Origin: Azolla caroliniana | Lineage: Eukaryota; Plantae; Polypodiophyta | DNA: 64,000 nucleotides | Assembly (NCBI GenBank): GCA_043228905.1 | Contig: JBHGNT010000016.1 | Location: forward strand, 13,702,001-13,766,000 | Direction of reading: 5' to 3' | Part shown: positions 62,422 to 64,000 of the stretch, piece by piece | Layout: each line of letters begins with the position of its first letter | Position numbering within the stretch: position 1 is the first letter of the stretch | Notes under the pieces: model-generated | Told to the model about the DNA's origin: nothing | The model's input: only the letters and a program-made list of their open reading frames with translations | The model's database searches: none | Position numbers and translations under genes: made by a program

Positions 62422-63118
62422 TGTCGTAGTGTATTCCGCACACTACGTGAAAACCATAAAATAATATATCCGATTTTAGATACATATAAATAAATAAATA
62501 AAAAGAATTTATCACGTGCATAGGGCAGGATTCGAACCATGCACCTCCACGTAAATAAACCCCAACTTTACCATTGTAATAACTTATCTTTAGTGTTATA
62601 AATATAGATTTAATACGTATAAGACCTTTATTTATACATACCTTTATTAAAAGGTAAAAATCATGTATTCTTTAGAGTGTGAATATTTTATTTACACGTG
62701 ACATTAAAAGTGACTCATGCACATCTAGCGTGCACGAGCCCTATATTTAGGAAATGACAAAACATCACATGCACATTTAGTGTGCATGGGCACTTTAGGT
62801 GAAAAAGCATGAAGCCATCCTTAGCCTCTTCCATCTTTATATAAGGAGGAGAAAAATATGTCTATGGTTGTTGATTAATATACAAGGTTGGATCAATCTA
62901 ATATATTCGTGGGATTCACGAATTTTGTCATCTAATTGCTCTTATAATCTAAATATTGTTTTAATTACGCTAAACTCGTGGGATTCACGAGATTGCTATC
63001 TTACTTCTCTTTCCACTATTCATATCTAGCCTTAAGTTGTATTCCTCTTCCTCCTAGTCAAAAACCTCGGCGGTTCCCACCCGACTCACGCAACGATCCG
63101 GAGCCGAAGGGCACGACA
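62422..63118 (+). repeat. Outer element 3' LTR
   Basis: TGTCGTAG...CACGACA; matches the split 5' LTR. Confidence 0.96.
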
Positions 63119-63120
63119 AC

Positions 63121-63990
63121 GTGCACATAGAGAAGTGCACTGATTGTCTGGCCGGTAAGCAGAACCGGACCTCCTTCCGACCAAGGCCACCGATGAGACG
63201 TAATGCACCACTGGAGTTGGTGCATACGGATGTGTGTCAAGTAGACGTGAAGTCACGTGCCGGAGTGCAGTACTTTGTGACGTTCATAGATGACCACAGC
63301 CGGAAGCTGTGGGCCACACCGTTGAAGACGAAGGATCAGGTGTTATCCGTCTTCAAAGAGCTCCACGTGAGAGTGGAAAGAGAAACCGGCCGGAAGCTGA
63401 AGGCGGTTCGAGCAAATAACGGAGGAGAGTACTGGGGGCAGTTCAAGGAGTACTGCCGCTCGAAGGGAATCCGGCTCGAATTTACCGTGCCGAAGACGCC
63501 GGAACTAAACGGATTGGCCGAGAGGATGAACCGGACCATAATGGAGAGGGTCCGGAGTATGCTAGCACATGCAAAACTACCCAAGAAGTTTTGGGCTGAG
63601 GCACTGTCGACGGCGACATACGTGATAAATAGATCACCCTCAATACCCTTGGACGGAGACACGCCACAGAGAGTGTGGACCGGTAAGGAAGTATCCTACC
63701 GGCATCTGAAGGTGTTCGGGTGTCTTGCGTACGTGCATGTAGCCAAGGACCAGAGAGGAAAGTTAGATCCAAAGACCCGGCCATGCATATTCCTCGGTTA
63801 TGATGACGATGAGTTCGGCTACCGAGTGTGGGACCTGGTCGACAAGAAGGCATTCCGGAGTCGAGATATTATCTTCATGGAGAACAAGACGCTCGTCGAT
63901 TGGGAGTCGGAGAAGAAGATAATGAACTCCGAGCCGACCGGTAAGGATCGACTCTACGATGAGCAGACCCAACCGGCAAGAGACCGATGA
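63121..63990 (+). pseudogene. pol: Copia integrase (continuation of the 45686 element)
   Basis: CTDCLAGKQ, LELVHTDV, FIDDHSR, NGGEY, NGLAERMNRT, FWAEA, LKVFGC, FLGY. Confidence 0.93.
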
Positions 63991-64000
63991 GGAACCAGCC

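Larger units (their letters stand above)
48515..63118 (+). mobile_element. Full-length Ty3/gypsy (outer), tRNA-Trp primed, non-chromoviral
   Basis: 697-bp LTRs (48515-49063 plus 56619-56766; 62422-63118), TSD ACGT, PBS TGGTGAACCCGACGTGAA at 56771, G-rich PPT before 62422. Confidence 0.96.
45686..64000 (+). mobile_element. Ty1/copia element (Tork/TAR-like) interrupted by nested Ty3 insertions; continues past window end
   Basis: LTR 45686-46449, PBS TGGTATCAGAGC at 46452, then gag, PR and IN. The frame rejoins (KN/VHIEKC) once the 48515-63118 insertion is removed. Confidence 0.93.

Overview
Eukaryotic, TE-saturated DNA with no recognisable host gene. The element mix suggests a land plant, probably a non-seed plant (inference). 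In order: a decayed gag/protease remnant; a full-length chromodomain Ty3/gypsy element (2677-8294) with an apparent self-priming site; solo LTRs; two TAGCTAATTAGCTA palindrome arrays around a decayed spliced ORF; truncated Athila/Tat-like Ty3 elements on both strands; an orphan ParB-like accessory pseudogene next to a palindrome array; an apparently intact RTEX-like LINE; a hAT MITE with an 8-bp TSD; a Sola-like DDE transposase pseudogene; Ty1/copia elements; and a three-level nest (copia > Ty3 > Ty3) of tRNA-Trp-primed Ty3 elements with 4-bp TSDs. Most notable: antisense tRNA-like A-box/B-box cassettes in three different LTR families; a conserved GGAUUUU plus pseudoknot -1 frameshift after the protease; CpG-centred RCGY 4-bp target sites; a covarying pre-PPT hairpin; an in-frame UGA-CGG between LINE ORF1 and ORF2; and a duplicated 96-aa domain appended to an integrase. 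All calls were read by eye, with no database searches.
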